A stretch of 64,000 nt of DNA, taken from NCBI RefSeq assembly GCF_026210795.1, contig NC_089430.1, positions 868,001 through 932,000 on the forward strand, given 5' to 3'. A program made the position numbers and the translations under genes. This stretch comes from Rhizophagus irregularis (lineage: Eukaryota). This document shows, piece after piece, positions 51,401 through 64,000 of this stretch; the first letter of the stretch is position 1; every line of letters starts with the position of its first letter. The notes beneath the pieces are model-generated. The model made no database searches. It was not told the DNA's origin and worked only from the letters and a program-made list of their open reading frames with translations.

Positions 51401-54400
51401 AAACAAAACAACGGCATGTCTAGGCGGGACTACAGTAGAAACCCGTAGAATTTTTTATCCATGGCAATGAACATAGTTCATGTAGAGGATATGATTAGTA
51501 TGGAACCACGTAGTGAAACAATCATAGGTGCAATGCATAATCTCGCTCATGTAGTAAGTCCATAATTAGTATGTTACTTTTGTTATATAACATATGTCAA
51601 CTAGTTTCCTCTGCATAAAACATGTACGTTCACTGATTGATACAAGTTTGGATAACAGGACACTTGGAAAGTTCGAGATTGTATCTTTTTTCCAACAAAA
51701 TGGGATCAATCGTTACATTTTGTTACACTATTGAGAACTAGCGAAGCCACAAAAGTGTTCTAAGACAGTATTTTTTGAATGTATTTCATTTATATCTACT
51801 TTAGTAGAAATTAACAAGTCTAGCGAATAAATAAAAACGTGTGGTTGAGTTCAGGCTAAAGCTATGGGTACGTACTTATGCACTTCTATGGAAATAGTAC
51901 AATTACTGGTAACTGTTATCCGAAGGTATAAATACGAAAAACTTGGGTGAATCCTGTCAATTCCACAATATTCATGTATGAATATCATTTTTGTCCAATC
52001 TCGTAAAATACGATGAATGACATTATGGTGAAAGTAGTTTCACATTAATCAGAAATGGAAAGGCATACTTATCCTACGGGCAGTTCCATTGAATAACTTG
52101 AAGTTGTCAAAGTTAACTGAATTTGGCCAGAGGATTGGCTAAAATGGATCATGTAATATATTTGTCTACAGTCAACCTGAACTAAGCGCTACTTATTCTT
52201 TCATAATGGACTGGTCATTCATAATTCTGGCGGAGCTAAGAAGTGAGTTCCGTTATGCGTAGAAAATCGGATAAGTCTCAAAACATTGAAGTATATATCT
52301 ATAAGACATGACGTAGCATGTTATGTGACACTCTACGCAAATGTTCAGAGTGTCATATGATATTTCGACGCAGCTATTTCACGTGATTTTGGAAGTACAA
52401 AATTTGGCCAACAGAAAGTCGTCAACGTTACGTGATTTCCTGTATAATTTCTTCGCTTCGCTCAGTCGGAGACTGCTTAAAAAGCAAAAATCATACAGAT
52501 TTTTTTTCGTTAACATTAATTATGTGTTACAATAATCTACGTTATTGTCTTGTAAAACTATGGAAACATTATCCCCCCGAAGGGTCTCTCCAGTTCTAGA
52601 TGGAATCTAGGGACTGAACTGTAAAAGTTTAATAGGGTATGCTACGCAGCATGAAATGCGTTAATATACATATCATGGGTTATAATCAACAATACGAATT
52701 TTCAAGCTGTAGGAAAATACAAAAAGTATGCCAAACTACTATCAGTCGGAGATTGCTCAAAGAGCAAAATTATTGTGCTAGCGTGAACAAAAGTTTACAT
52801 TGGACAAGCATCCAGGTAGATACAATATAAGACTATAAGTACTGTTTTTATTGCAACAAATTATTGTAGTTTATCTTTCTTGGAATTTTCGTTCTTAGGG
52901 GTAACTAACAAAACCCGTAAGTAACTGGTATAACAAATGTGCATTAACTAAAGTTCATAGAATAAATAACGTGAAATTTTTTGAATACAGAAACGAATAA
53001 CCAAAGTTATGAAGAAGTGAATGACTACATTGAGTAACAATCTGATACCTAAAACGAGAAAAACGATCAATGAGTATAGAGTATATGTCCCATAATTATA
53101 GTTACAGTTTAGAATAAGCTACTGTGCATATCATATATGGACAAATCCACTTATGTAGTACAACCTATTTGAAAGTGCTCAACTAAGAGACTGTGACCCG
53201 TGGGTCACGATATCTTTATTTCATTACAGTTCAAGAATATACTCTGTTGAATAAAAGGCAAACTTATAACTCAATACATCGCTGTCTATTTCTTAACAGG
53301 CAGGATGTTTTGTAGTTCGGCGAATATGTTCGCCAGAATTACGTGACTTTGACGACTTTGGTCATTGAAATCTCTGGATGCCATGAAACTAAGCAAACGT
53401 AACAATTTTATTCATTCATTACCAGAAAAGTAACGTCATTTAAGAAAGAGACAAACTCTACCACTATATCATTCTCTTTGTGACGTCTACTAAATCCAAA
53501 GTTTGCATGAGTGGCATTATATCAAATCCTTCTTTTTGTCCCAACGCATAATACAAACGTAGTATTAGATTCATATAGATCAGAATTTTTTCAAAATATT
53601 GTACTCTCGTAACTATTCTTACGATCATACCCATTAGCCAATAAAATAGCAAAACAGGAAATATTGTTCACAATCAGATTCACGTACTGTGAAACCCAGG
53701 ATGTTCTTGATTTCAACAACAATGCATTTGTCATAGCATGGGTCACCGTTCAGTATTGCATTATCAGTCGGTGACCGCTCGAAGAGCAAAAAATATACCA
53801 TGTAATACCGGGACAGAAGATGAACATGACAGGTAATAGATATTATCCTTTTGTAATAACATAAAAGAGTATGTATGCAGGCAATAATTACAACATATGG
53901 TATGAGGAAGCAGTCGAGTAATTAGCAATCATACTACTAGTTAGATTGTTTGGTCATCAGTTCCCTTTGCGAAATGAACTCCTCTTTTGTCATCCAATAA
54001 ATATGTAGGACATGGTTACTATTCCTCTTTGTTATCATGTTTATTAGTTTGATTCCACGTGTGTAATAATATACTGTATAAAGTTCATGATAACCAACAG
54101 AGCTATTATGCAAAACTAATCGATTGCGTTATACCATCCTAGTGCATTGGTATGTGTTCGGACGTTCCTCTACATGTTAACTCTACGTTTAAGAGATGAC
54201 TTAAGTGGCAATAATTTTTTATGTGTACGCTTGGAATCCAGGGATTCGCTTAACTTTGTTCACTAATATACTTATTTTACTATGTCATGCAACAGCAGAG
54301 TCCATTTTTTCATTTTATTGACGAGGTGACCTAACTATCAGTCGGATACTGCTCGAAGAACAAAATTCGTAATTATTGCATAGAAAAATGTTAACATTGT

Positions 54401-56935
54401 TCATAAGCAAAGACGCATAGATTTGTGGAATAAAGACGGTTAGCATTTCAGTGAGGAGAACCTATTATCGTCAATGACTGCTACTAGGCATTATTTGTAT
54501 TACATATGATGGACGTGTAGTTGAATTGGGCGAGGTGCCTGAATCCTTTACTATGATAACACGGTATGAAGTGGACAGAACGTTAGGACGTAGTAACACC
54601 ATTGCAAGAGTAGTGACAACCTATATGCCCAAATGCATATGAGTGTATGCACAAATATTCTGATGGGTGTTAATGGCATAACACAAAATATTCACTAGAT
54701 TACTTGCTCAAATTAATTATGAATTCATGAAAATATTGCCACAGGTTCTACCTAACCGTCTTGCCGCTCAACTACGCAATGGTCTTAGGAAATACCTGGA
54801 GGGTATTACTTCGTAATGTGTTCCTAAGGTAGATGACTGGTGTAGTGTATAAGTCCAATCTCTGGACTGAAAAAATGGTATCACCTGTCTACTACAACAA
54901 TTTGTACTCTACAGTAAAGATGCTCTTTCTGCATTTTTTTGCACTAAAGAATTCAGAATCCGTACTAAACCTTTGCTCCTATCTGTTCCTTTGAGGATGT
55001 CCTTGCATGTTCTCTGCAAGTTGATGACAGAAGTAAACAACAGCGTTAACAAGTGCAGAACGTCATGTTTTTTCTGATTTTCGGCACCAATGACTCCAGT
55101 CAGTTCGTGCAATTTTCCTTGTACCCATGAATAGTAGTTGCTATCATCGAAACCTGATTTCGATAATACTTATTTTGTCTTCGTTCAGGTAACCACTCCT
55201 TACTAACCCGCACTAACCAAATCCTGTAGACTGTAGTGCAAATATTCTGGGACATCCGTCTCATCTGTTATGTGTCTAATTATCACGGTCCCATACTGTG
55301 GACAAAAGATTCTAGCGTGTGACAGATACTTATTTACTGGAGTGTCCGGGTTCAAACAATACGAACATACTAGTAGGTACTCTGTAGAAAACCTAATAGT
55401 TGTTGTGCTACTTGTGCGCAATATCTTGTTATAGTGCCTTTGGTAGTTATTGTATTATTCTATCGGCCTCATGTCCCCTATGGGCACATACGAGACCGAA
55501 GAGGAAATTTTAGCAGGAAGAACTAGAACTCGCATAGTGTTTCCTCTCGTAATGTTGTTTCAATTTATTAATTACATCCCTCCCTACCAGCAAACAAGCG
55601 GATACATTATCATTTTTTATGATATGATATGTATACAATTTATAAGTGAACAATAGTAATGTTTTGAGCAATCCATATAACTATTGTGTTTTGATAACAT
55701 TAGTTTTAAGGAGTATAAGATGGTACAGTTATGGAATAGTGCCGGCCAAAAGTAGTCCCGTAATTTTGTCCATGAAGACCAATCATACATGCCTCGGTTT
55801 TCTACTTTTGCTCTTTGTAACTAGGATTTGTTATGTCCAGTGCATTTACAAATTCTAAATTAGAAGTGTTTTCAAGTCCACTGATTTGTATATTACCATT
55901 TAGGCTGCACTTGCTAGTTTATCTTCAATTAGTGTGGGTTGTATCCCTTGGACTCCAGTCTCGTTATACTACCATAAAGTTGCGGCAGAACTATTTTTTT
56001 AAATGTCAGCTGTGACGCTGTCATAGTCTCGATATTGAGGAGTTCGAGTTCCAATAATGTATTTGATATATTTATTTTATGCATACCAGAGTGGGTTCAT
56101 TTTGGCGTAGCAACACGTGAAAAGGTATGTGAACCGAGTTCACAGTCTCCTCACATGATTATTAATGTTGGCATTTTGTACGCATGTTATGCTCATCCGG
56201 TGGCATAAAAGGTATGGATTATAACCCATGGACGGCAATAATAAATCACGAGAGATAGTTCAACGCAGGAGGGTTCTGCACACGCAGCAATATTCTCTTC
56301 ATTTCTGTAGCCTGTAGAATCTGACATCCTTACCATATTAATGGGCCTCACAAAGGATGGAGTCTTGACAACTACCAACCCTCAGTAAGGTTTTTACACG
56401 ATAAATAAGTAGATTATGAATACGAAAAAAATTTTGTACGTCAACATCCCCTGTTACGAGATCATTTTTGAATCGATGTTAGTATTTTATTTCTCCATGT
56501 TGTCCACACATATCCGTCGCTCACATTATTACCAGTATTGTCAAATTATATTCTTCATCGTAGTTGACTTCATTTTTCATAACACTATCACGTGATTTTC
56601 TTTACTAGTCTTCTAAAAAATTTATCCGAAGCTCCACTGTTGTCATTTACACATAAATTTATTTGCGTCTACTGTAGTACCATAGATAATGGGTACCGTT
56701 GGGATAGTTGTTACATATTCATCTAACATAATTTCGTCTGCTAACCCACTTCGCTAGATTTTTCGTTGAAGCATAATGTCTCACTTCAAAAATGCATATA
56801 TTCAGTGGAACTGGGTTCTGCCCAAAAATATAAGTAATTATGCAAACATTATGGATTAGGAATGTGATCATCGCACAAATGGATTTTATTGTTTTCTGTG
56901 CAGTCTTTTACACTCAACGAACCTGTGACATAATT

Positions 56936-57199
56936 TCATGGCAAATATAGGTTAATATAATCTAGACAATGTTGACAAGTGCTAGGAGTGCAAAGGCCGG
57001 ATTTGAACAAGAATACTTCCTTTAACTGAATAACTTCATTTTGCAAGTTACTGACTTCTTGTTTTAAGCAATTATGGGTCTCTTCGAGAGCATTAAGGTT
57101 GATTATAATTTTGGTCTTCTCTTCTTTGTTCTTTGCTCTATGCCGAGTGGCTGCTTTTCTGTTTCTCTCCCTCTGAGACTCTACTTCCATTTTCGTCAT
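56936..57199 (-). CDS. Small bZIP protein (ATF/Atf1-like basic region and zipper), 87 aa
   Basis: RERNRKAATRHRAK basic region, heptads L..L..L..L (LEETHNCLKQEVSNLQNEVIQLK), Cys-containing tail; first true ATG at 57199. Confidence 0.7.
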   Translation of the reverse strand: MTKMEVESQRERNRKAATRHRAKNKEEKTKIIINLNALEETHNCLKQEVSNLQNEVIQLKEVFLFKSGLCTPSTCQHCLDYINLYLP

Positions 57200-59089
57200 A
57201 ATATTTGTACTTCTAGCTAGTAAAGAAATTATTGTGTTCAATTTCGGAAACGCTAACCAATCTCAGCCAAACTCTACAGTAAAAGAAAGCCGCAAAAAAT
57301 GGGTTCAATCGTGAGAGATAAGAACAGCATACGTGCTAGGACTTAGGACTAGTGTTCATGGAATGACACAATAGAGCATGTTACTCGAAACAGATTTCAT
57401 ATGGAACATATTTTTTGTAAACAGGAATGAAAATGAATCTTCCAAATGTTTTTGCATGATAGAAGCAAGAAAATAGGACAATGAAACAAATTATACTGTG
57501 GTACCGTTGTTTTCACAGGAGAAAGGGGAAAAATAGTAATTTCTCGTTTTCATTATTTTAGTAAAACTGGGCTTTGTCCTGATCGTCTTGCCAAATAACC
57601 ACGCTTATTAGTCATAGCGTATAACTGGAGAGATTATGTATGAAGTACAGAGAGTATAAAGTAGAGAATAATGTTCCATTTTTACAAGAAATGGACGTAT
57701 ATGAAATACATTGACCATGTCTGCAGAAAAATCCCTAAAGGCGCTATTCAGGAGGAACTTTTAAGAGAAGCGTGTATGATTTTTTGTTTATTATCATCTA
57801 CAGTAAAATAGACTACAGTAATATTTGTAAGGAGAGTTAAAAAAAGATAAAAAACGTGATTGAACGGCAATACTCTTAGGCAATGGACAGAACAGTGTCT
57901 AGTATCATAACTAGATGATAATATCAAGGATTATGTTAAAGAAAACCTTTTATCAAAGGTAGTCATTGATGGCTTAACACTATAATGCAATCCAAATTTG
58001 CTCTTTAGAGGAAAAGTGAAAATGCTATAAGGGGCTGCAAAGAAACGGGTTACCAAAAAAACTCGGGTAACCTTCGTTACCAACACAGGTACATACAATC
58101 ATAGTCATGTGAAATAGTTGTTTTCCTAAAGAACTGCCCGCTGTGAAAATCTCAATCGTTTTGACTTATAATACATACATGACCATGTAATTCCGTGTAA
58201 TAGAGAGTCGCACAATATTTGCCATTGTGTGGTCACTAGTAAGGATATATTCTCTGTAGTGTTTTTTTGGCAGATTAGTTGTTTTCGGATCATTGTCCCA
58301 CTAACAATGATGAGAAAATGTTATAAGTATTCGTACTCCTTGCTACCTAGCGTTGCCGTTTGGTAATGATGTTACCTACCATGCTTTTAATAACAATGCT
58401 GACAGAGGTTTCAGTTATTTAGCAACTATATGTTCTTGTGCATTATATAATCATGAAATAATTTTATTCACAGAATTTTATTCACATAATTTTATCATGT
58501 GACTTTTATCAAAATTGCGCCCTTTGGCTAGTCTCTGACTGAATTTTCATCACGTGACTTTAAGCAACTTCGGTCATTGAAATTTTAGCAGAAGGAAAAA
58601 AGACACATACGTTATTTCCCTTTTACTAAATAATGAACTGACTATGTTATTTGATGATAACAGTATCGCCAGTATGAGAAACTCTGGGCTTTATCACTTA
58701 AATGGAAAAATGGAATTATGCCAATAAATTGTGCAGTGCCAATGTGGACCTGAAATGATAAAAGAAGTCTGCGAATTCGTTATTCTAGGAAATGATGCGA
58801 TAAAGGTTACTTATTTTTAACAAGAATAAAATATTACGGGTCTCAAAAGTCGAAATACAATGCTATTGTATCCTACGGTGCAAAGGCGTCTGCTATGAAG
58901 CTTTTGTGTATATAGATTATACACTATAATAATTTTATTAGTGAAAATTCTGTGAGCTATACCTGGGTATTTTTGCGAGCAACAGCAGAATGAATTTTTT
59001 TGTCAATAGTAATACATGAGTAAATAAGGTCTTGATAGTCAATCTAGTAGTTAGCTGTTATTGTTTATTTGTTGATATTTTGTAATATA

Positions 59090-59389
59090 CAGTGGTGATC
59101 AGTCCTCCATTATTTTCCTCGTTCCTCGAAAAATCACTTCCCTTGGAAGGTTCATACATGGACTGGAGATTAATTGGTATACAATTGGTCTATTAATCCT
59201 CTACGGTAAGAAATTTGTGAATCTGGATAGTACGAAGTAGAGGAGGTTCTAGGAACCTAGGTTTATAGGCTCGAAGAGCAAAATTATTTGGAATGACAAA
59301 TATAAGAAAATGGTCATATTAGACAGTTTTTAATGCGTTTTTTATGTATTTTGCCTCTTTCTTTTTCCAAAAAATTATGTTCACCACTG
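59090..59389 (+). mobile_element. TA-flanked Tc1/mariner-type MITE (300 bp)
   Basis: TA|CAGTGGTGATCA ... TGTTCACCACTG|TA (11/12 match); homologous to 2136-2277 but with ~165 extra bp at 59105-59268. Confidence 0.75.
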
Positions 59390-60019
59390 TACTACCTGTA
59401 ATACAATCGTTACTATATGACCCTGAAGTATATTGTAAGATTTTCCCATCAAAGGTATTAACATGTTATTTACACTCATTATTACAGTATTTCAGAAAGC
59501 CATGCCAACAAACATATACTTCATAGTTACAAAATCGTAAACAACATTGCAGAAAATACGTAAACATTATTAAACGTCATTACCAAAAGATATGCGAACA
59601 TTGCTACTAAAGATAATACATTGAAACAAATCGTCAGTAACACAGTACAAAGTATCGACAACTGTTAGCAACGCAATCACAAAAAATTATTCTATGCTTT
59701 TTAGTCCTGGTTAAAGACATTGATAATCATGTCATTAATTCCAAAATGTTCGTGTGTGTCATAGTTGAACGGCACAAGACAGGAAGTAACACTCATTTTT
59801 TGTGGATGGTGTTACTTGTAACCGAAAATATAAAGAACATAGCTAATGACAATTTTTATGAACATTTCTTGAATGACAGTTACCAAAAGTTAGTATTTGT
59901 CACGAACGGCCAATAACAAAATAAAGGTTAATCGATTAGTTATATTCTTATTCCTTTTATAATCGAAGTTTCATCACATGTCACCACGCAAACACAACAT
60001 TCACAAAGAAATGCAATAA

Positions 60020-60776
60020 TAGAGCTCCAAACAGGTCAGCCAAATTCAGGTAACCTGACCTGACCTGACCTGAAATTCAGGTCAGGTATGAGATTTTTAA
60101 AAAAAATTCAGGTCAGATATGAAGATTGACCTGACCTGATTGACCTGATGACCTGAAACTATTGATTCTACTATATAATAAAAGTGAGTTGCAGTATTGC
60201 GATTCACTTTTTTATATTGATTTTATATAATAAAAGTGAGTTGCGGTATTGCGATTCACTTTTTTATATTAATTCTATATAAAAAAAGTGAATCGCAATA
60301 CCGCAACTCACTTTTTTTATATAGAATCTATATAAAAAAGTGAAACGCAATACCACAACTCACTTTTTTTATACAAAATCAATATAAAAAAGTGAATTGC
60401 AGTATTGGGATTTACTTTTTTATATGATTTTAATATAAAAATGTTGAATCGCAATATTTCGAGAAAAAATGTTGCGAAAACGTTTTTTCATAATATTATA
60501 TTAAAAAAATGTTTCGTAACATTTTTTTTTGATATTTCAATAATAACGTTGCGAAAACATTTAAAAAAAACGTTTTGCAATATTTTTTTCAATATTTTAA
60601 TAAAAAACGTTGCAAAAACGTTTTTTTTCATAATATTATATTAAAAAAAAGGTTTGTACTGTTTTTTTTCAATACTTTAATAAAAATAGTCCTGAAATTT
60701 TTCAGGTTTCAGGTCAGGTCAGGTCAAACAGACAACCTGATATAACCTGACCTGACCTGACCCATTCAGAGCTCTA
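60020..60776. mobile_element. hAT-type MITE (757 bp)
   Basis: TAGAGCTC...GAGCTCTA ends; 8-bp TSD TGCAATAA (60012-60019, 60777-60784); subterminal (CCTGA)n repeats; internal direct and inverted ~55-bp repeats. Confidence 0.92.
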
Positions 60777-61873
60777 TGCAATAACAATCGCATTATATTT
60801 GAACATGCTAGTTGTGCAGGATCTATTATAACTTCATTCATGAAAAGTAATATGTTCCGCATCCTCTTCATATGTACGGAAGAAGTTTTAATGCATACGA
60901 CAATATGTGAAAAGCTGTCATTCGACTATATTCAAATATTTTCTCAACAACACATATCTACTTATTGGTACGAAGTAGAATCTAGGGTTACGTTCCCGTT
61001 ATGGTAAAAACATTAGTGGATTTTAAAAGACTAACTGTTGTGATTCAAAAATGGTAACAGAAATGTGTCAATCTGAACAATTTTCATTTCTGTAGTCGGA
61101 TTCACCAATGCAATAGGTTAGAATGCTAAGAATAATGTCACCAAAAGACAAATATAATAATGTGATATATGGTGGGAAAACCTATCCGTCTGATATTAAT
61201 TACATCATACAAATACGTAGTTGCAAAGAAATAGTTTTTGTTTCTTTGTGAAGAGGTAGTATGTGAGTAGGGCACATATTTAGTTAACGTTGCAGAAAGC
61301 AGCATATTCAACAATTTCAACGCCCATATATGAATAGTCTCAGAAAACACAGAGTAACAGCACATCTTGCGGCGATTGATGGCATGCGTATGGCGGTACT
61401 GGTTTTTTTTGTGAACTCAGTTCACAGTCTCTCACGTAACACATTATTTTACAAATAGATGACCGGAGTCATGTTTTCTTGATTTACATGTACATTCCTA
61501 TTTTTGGACTATCATTAGCGGTTAACACAAATTCTTGACTTCTTGTAATCCAATCCAATGCTGGATTACGAAAAAACATAGGCATGCTGTTATATTCCTA
61601 CATCAAGGTCCCATTAATAATGCTCAGAGAAATATCCAGAGCTCTGTTAATGTCTCTGTCCATTGCAGTTAATCCCAACGTTTCTGTCTTGACTATTAAG
61701 TGTTGACGAAAATGGAATGAGTACAGGGAGGACCTCAGCTTAACTAGATTATTTGTTCCTAATCCCTACTTCTGGCATGCGATGTACATTAGTCAGTAAT
61801 TCTATCTACAATATTACTAATACGAACCTCGTTAATTTTCCAAGTTACGTATAACTTCTGCAGCATATTAATA

Positions 61874-62288
61874 CTTTACAGAAACTTTAAGTTTTCAAGT
61901 GATATCATTTCGATATCATTTCAATATCATTTCAATATCGATTTAATATCGATACGATATCGAAATAAAGTATTATCACTTCGATATCATTTTGATATTA
62001 AATTGATATTGAAATGATATCAAAATGATAATAGAAATGATATTGAAACAACATCTTTAAGTTTAATTTAAAGATATCATTTCGATATCATTTTAATTAT
62101 CATTTCGATATCATTTCGACATCGAATTAATATCGAAATGATATCGAAGTGATAATACTTTATTTTGATATCATATCGATATTAAATTGATATTGAAATG
62201 ATATTGAAATGATATTGAAATGATATCGTTAAAATAAACTTAACGATATCGATTCTATATTGATTAAAAATGGTAAGTTTCTGTAAAG
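61874..62288. mobile_element. TA-flanked foldback MITE (415 bp)
   Basis: 14-bp TIR CTTTACAGAAACTT/AAGTTTCTGTAAAG with TA on both sides; interior built of 11-bp GATATCATTTC repeats in both orientations. Confidence 0.8.
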
Positions 62289-63429
62289 TAATTTCATTGT
62301 TCGTACAAGTTTTCTAGCGAAGTTAGGTAATAGAGTTATGAGCATTCGTGATGAGATGTAAGAATTTACAAATGCGGGGAAAATAAATTCTCATTTTTTA
62401 TTGTTCACAGAACCGATTCACAGCGATTAGTATATTACCGTTGTAATACAAGTATTGTCTTTTGTGAGCCAGCTATCGTTACCGTAACATTGACAACTTA
62501 ATAAATTCTGCTGTCATGATCACAACTATTTACGCAGAAAATAAATCCAAACTTGAATAGAGGGTGTCTCTTGGAAAAAATTGAACCAGAAATTTGGTAC
62601 CAAAGATCATGTGGAACAGCTGCGCTTACATTTATTTTCTACGCATGTAGTCAAACTAAGGAATATGATACATGAGTGAGATTGGAGGTAAAATACACAT
62701 CATCAAAATGATGCTTTCGTATGGCAGGGTATTCTGCTGTGACTACTGCGTCCATAGACTGTAAATACATTAATTTTAACATACAAGTAATTTTGCTGTG
62801 ATATGACAAGAGACTAACACTATCTCAAAAATGTCTATTACGTCTATGAACCACATGACTTATCTCCCATTTCCAATAAGTAGGATTTTATAGTATGACC
62901 CGTAGTTAGTAAAACTTCCAAAACAACACCATCTGAGATAAGAAATGTGTGCGCACGTGTATGAGTATACATATAAGTATTCTCCAAGTGCTCTCTTGCT
63001 TCTAGCAAAATGATTGCTTGTAATCATTTTCATATGAATAACATTGGTAATCTATAGTATTTGCATGGGAATTCTTGAAATATAATACCAAGGTATAGAT
63101 AGATAATGCTATCTCATTTTTCTTTTTGTAATTCTATTCACACTGTGGGACCAAGTAAAGTGGCACATAAAAACTTGTCACATTGGTAACATATATACCT
63201 GCATTGTTTCTAGGGGTAATCAAGATATTAACTTCTATCCTTTTTTTAGATCATAGCTATGAAGAAATGCATCTCCCAAAAACTCTCATAAGCATAAAAC
63301 CAAATGTGATAGCTAAGAGGAAATACGTTGACTGTGTGTAAAAAATTTGAATCCCAAAGAGATGAGTTTCACAAAATTGCTTTGTAATACTCTCCACTTA
63401 TCGCTTAAACAAAAAATATACAATGGAGT

Positions 63430-63606
63430 TATACATGCCACCCAAATTATTTTGGACTGCCGTAATTATAAGTAAAATCCCAAATTCAATTATGGCATCC
63501 CAAATTATTTTGGCACTTTACATAGTAAATTATATATAAACCGAATGAATTATGGCATCCCAAATTATAATTATGGCATCCCAAAATAATTTGGGCAGCA
63601 TGTATA
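63430..63606. mobile_element. hAT-type MITE (177 bp)
   Basis: 26-bp TIR TATACATGC(CA/TG)CCCAAATTATTTTGG; 8-bp TSD AATGGAGT (63422-63429, 63607-63614); internal ATTATGGCATCCCAAA repeats. Confidence 0.9.
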
Positions 63607-64000
63607 AATGGAGTCTGTGATTCTGACAGTATTTTGTTGAACTATTGTTACCATTTCATGTCCTTTCAACTTTACATTTTTGTAATTTCTATTGTATTGA
63701 TCACAAGGAAACATGGCAGTGATTCCACTATTCTTCAAGTCGCCATTGACAAATAATAACTGTACATTGCTATTAAATAATGATTGACCATATAACCACT
63801 AGTTACGGCATTTATGCCTAGTCTTAGATAGCTCACGCAAAATGTTATCAAAAAAGGGTTTATGACGACATGACAATATAAACACACTCAGTAGTTTCTG
63901 ACAAATGATAGTTGATGATAATCGATAACAAAAATTACATGTTTTATCATCATCGCAATAATAACCAGTAACAACAAACAAATTTTACTGTTAAAAGGAA

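Noticed and set aside
50700..56400. Assorted 60-85-aa ORFs
   Set aside because: No recognisable motifs or consistent exon chains; compatible with chance or heavily decayed repeats.

Overview
Very AT-rich eukaryotic DNA with short (~60-80 nt) GT-AG introns. It looks fungal, most likely Glomeromycotina (Rhizophagus-like), though that is inferred from composition and TE repertoire only. The window is almost entirely nested DNA transposons and their relics. (1) A 4.7-kb Academ-like element (2446-7172; perfect 20-bp TIRs, 4-bp TSD) whose transposase is split by a CACTG foldback MITE. (2) A ~24-kb Plavaka/CMC-type element (about 10297-34240) with CpG-rich subterminal arrays, a Plavaka transposase and three copies of an unnamed accessory gene. 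A complete 6.5-kb CACTA element (15173-21656, TSD TTG) is inserted in it. (3) A 5'-truncated Kolobok-type transposase fused in frame to a full RecQ helicase (34241-38995). (4) Pseudogenes of a trypsin-like protease and of a coiled-coil PD-(D/E)xK nuclease-like protein, plus an intronless mini-bZIP ORF. (5) About ten MITEs whose TIRs and/or TSDs can be read directly, several satellites, and dispersed short DNA-hairpin motifs. No rRNA, tRNA or CRISPR array was recognised. Family names come from motif recognition by eye; no database search was run.
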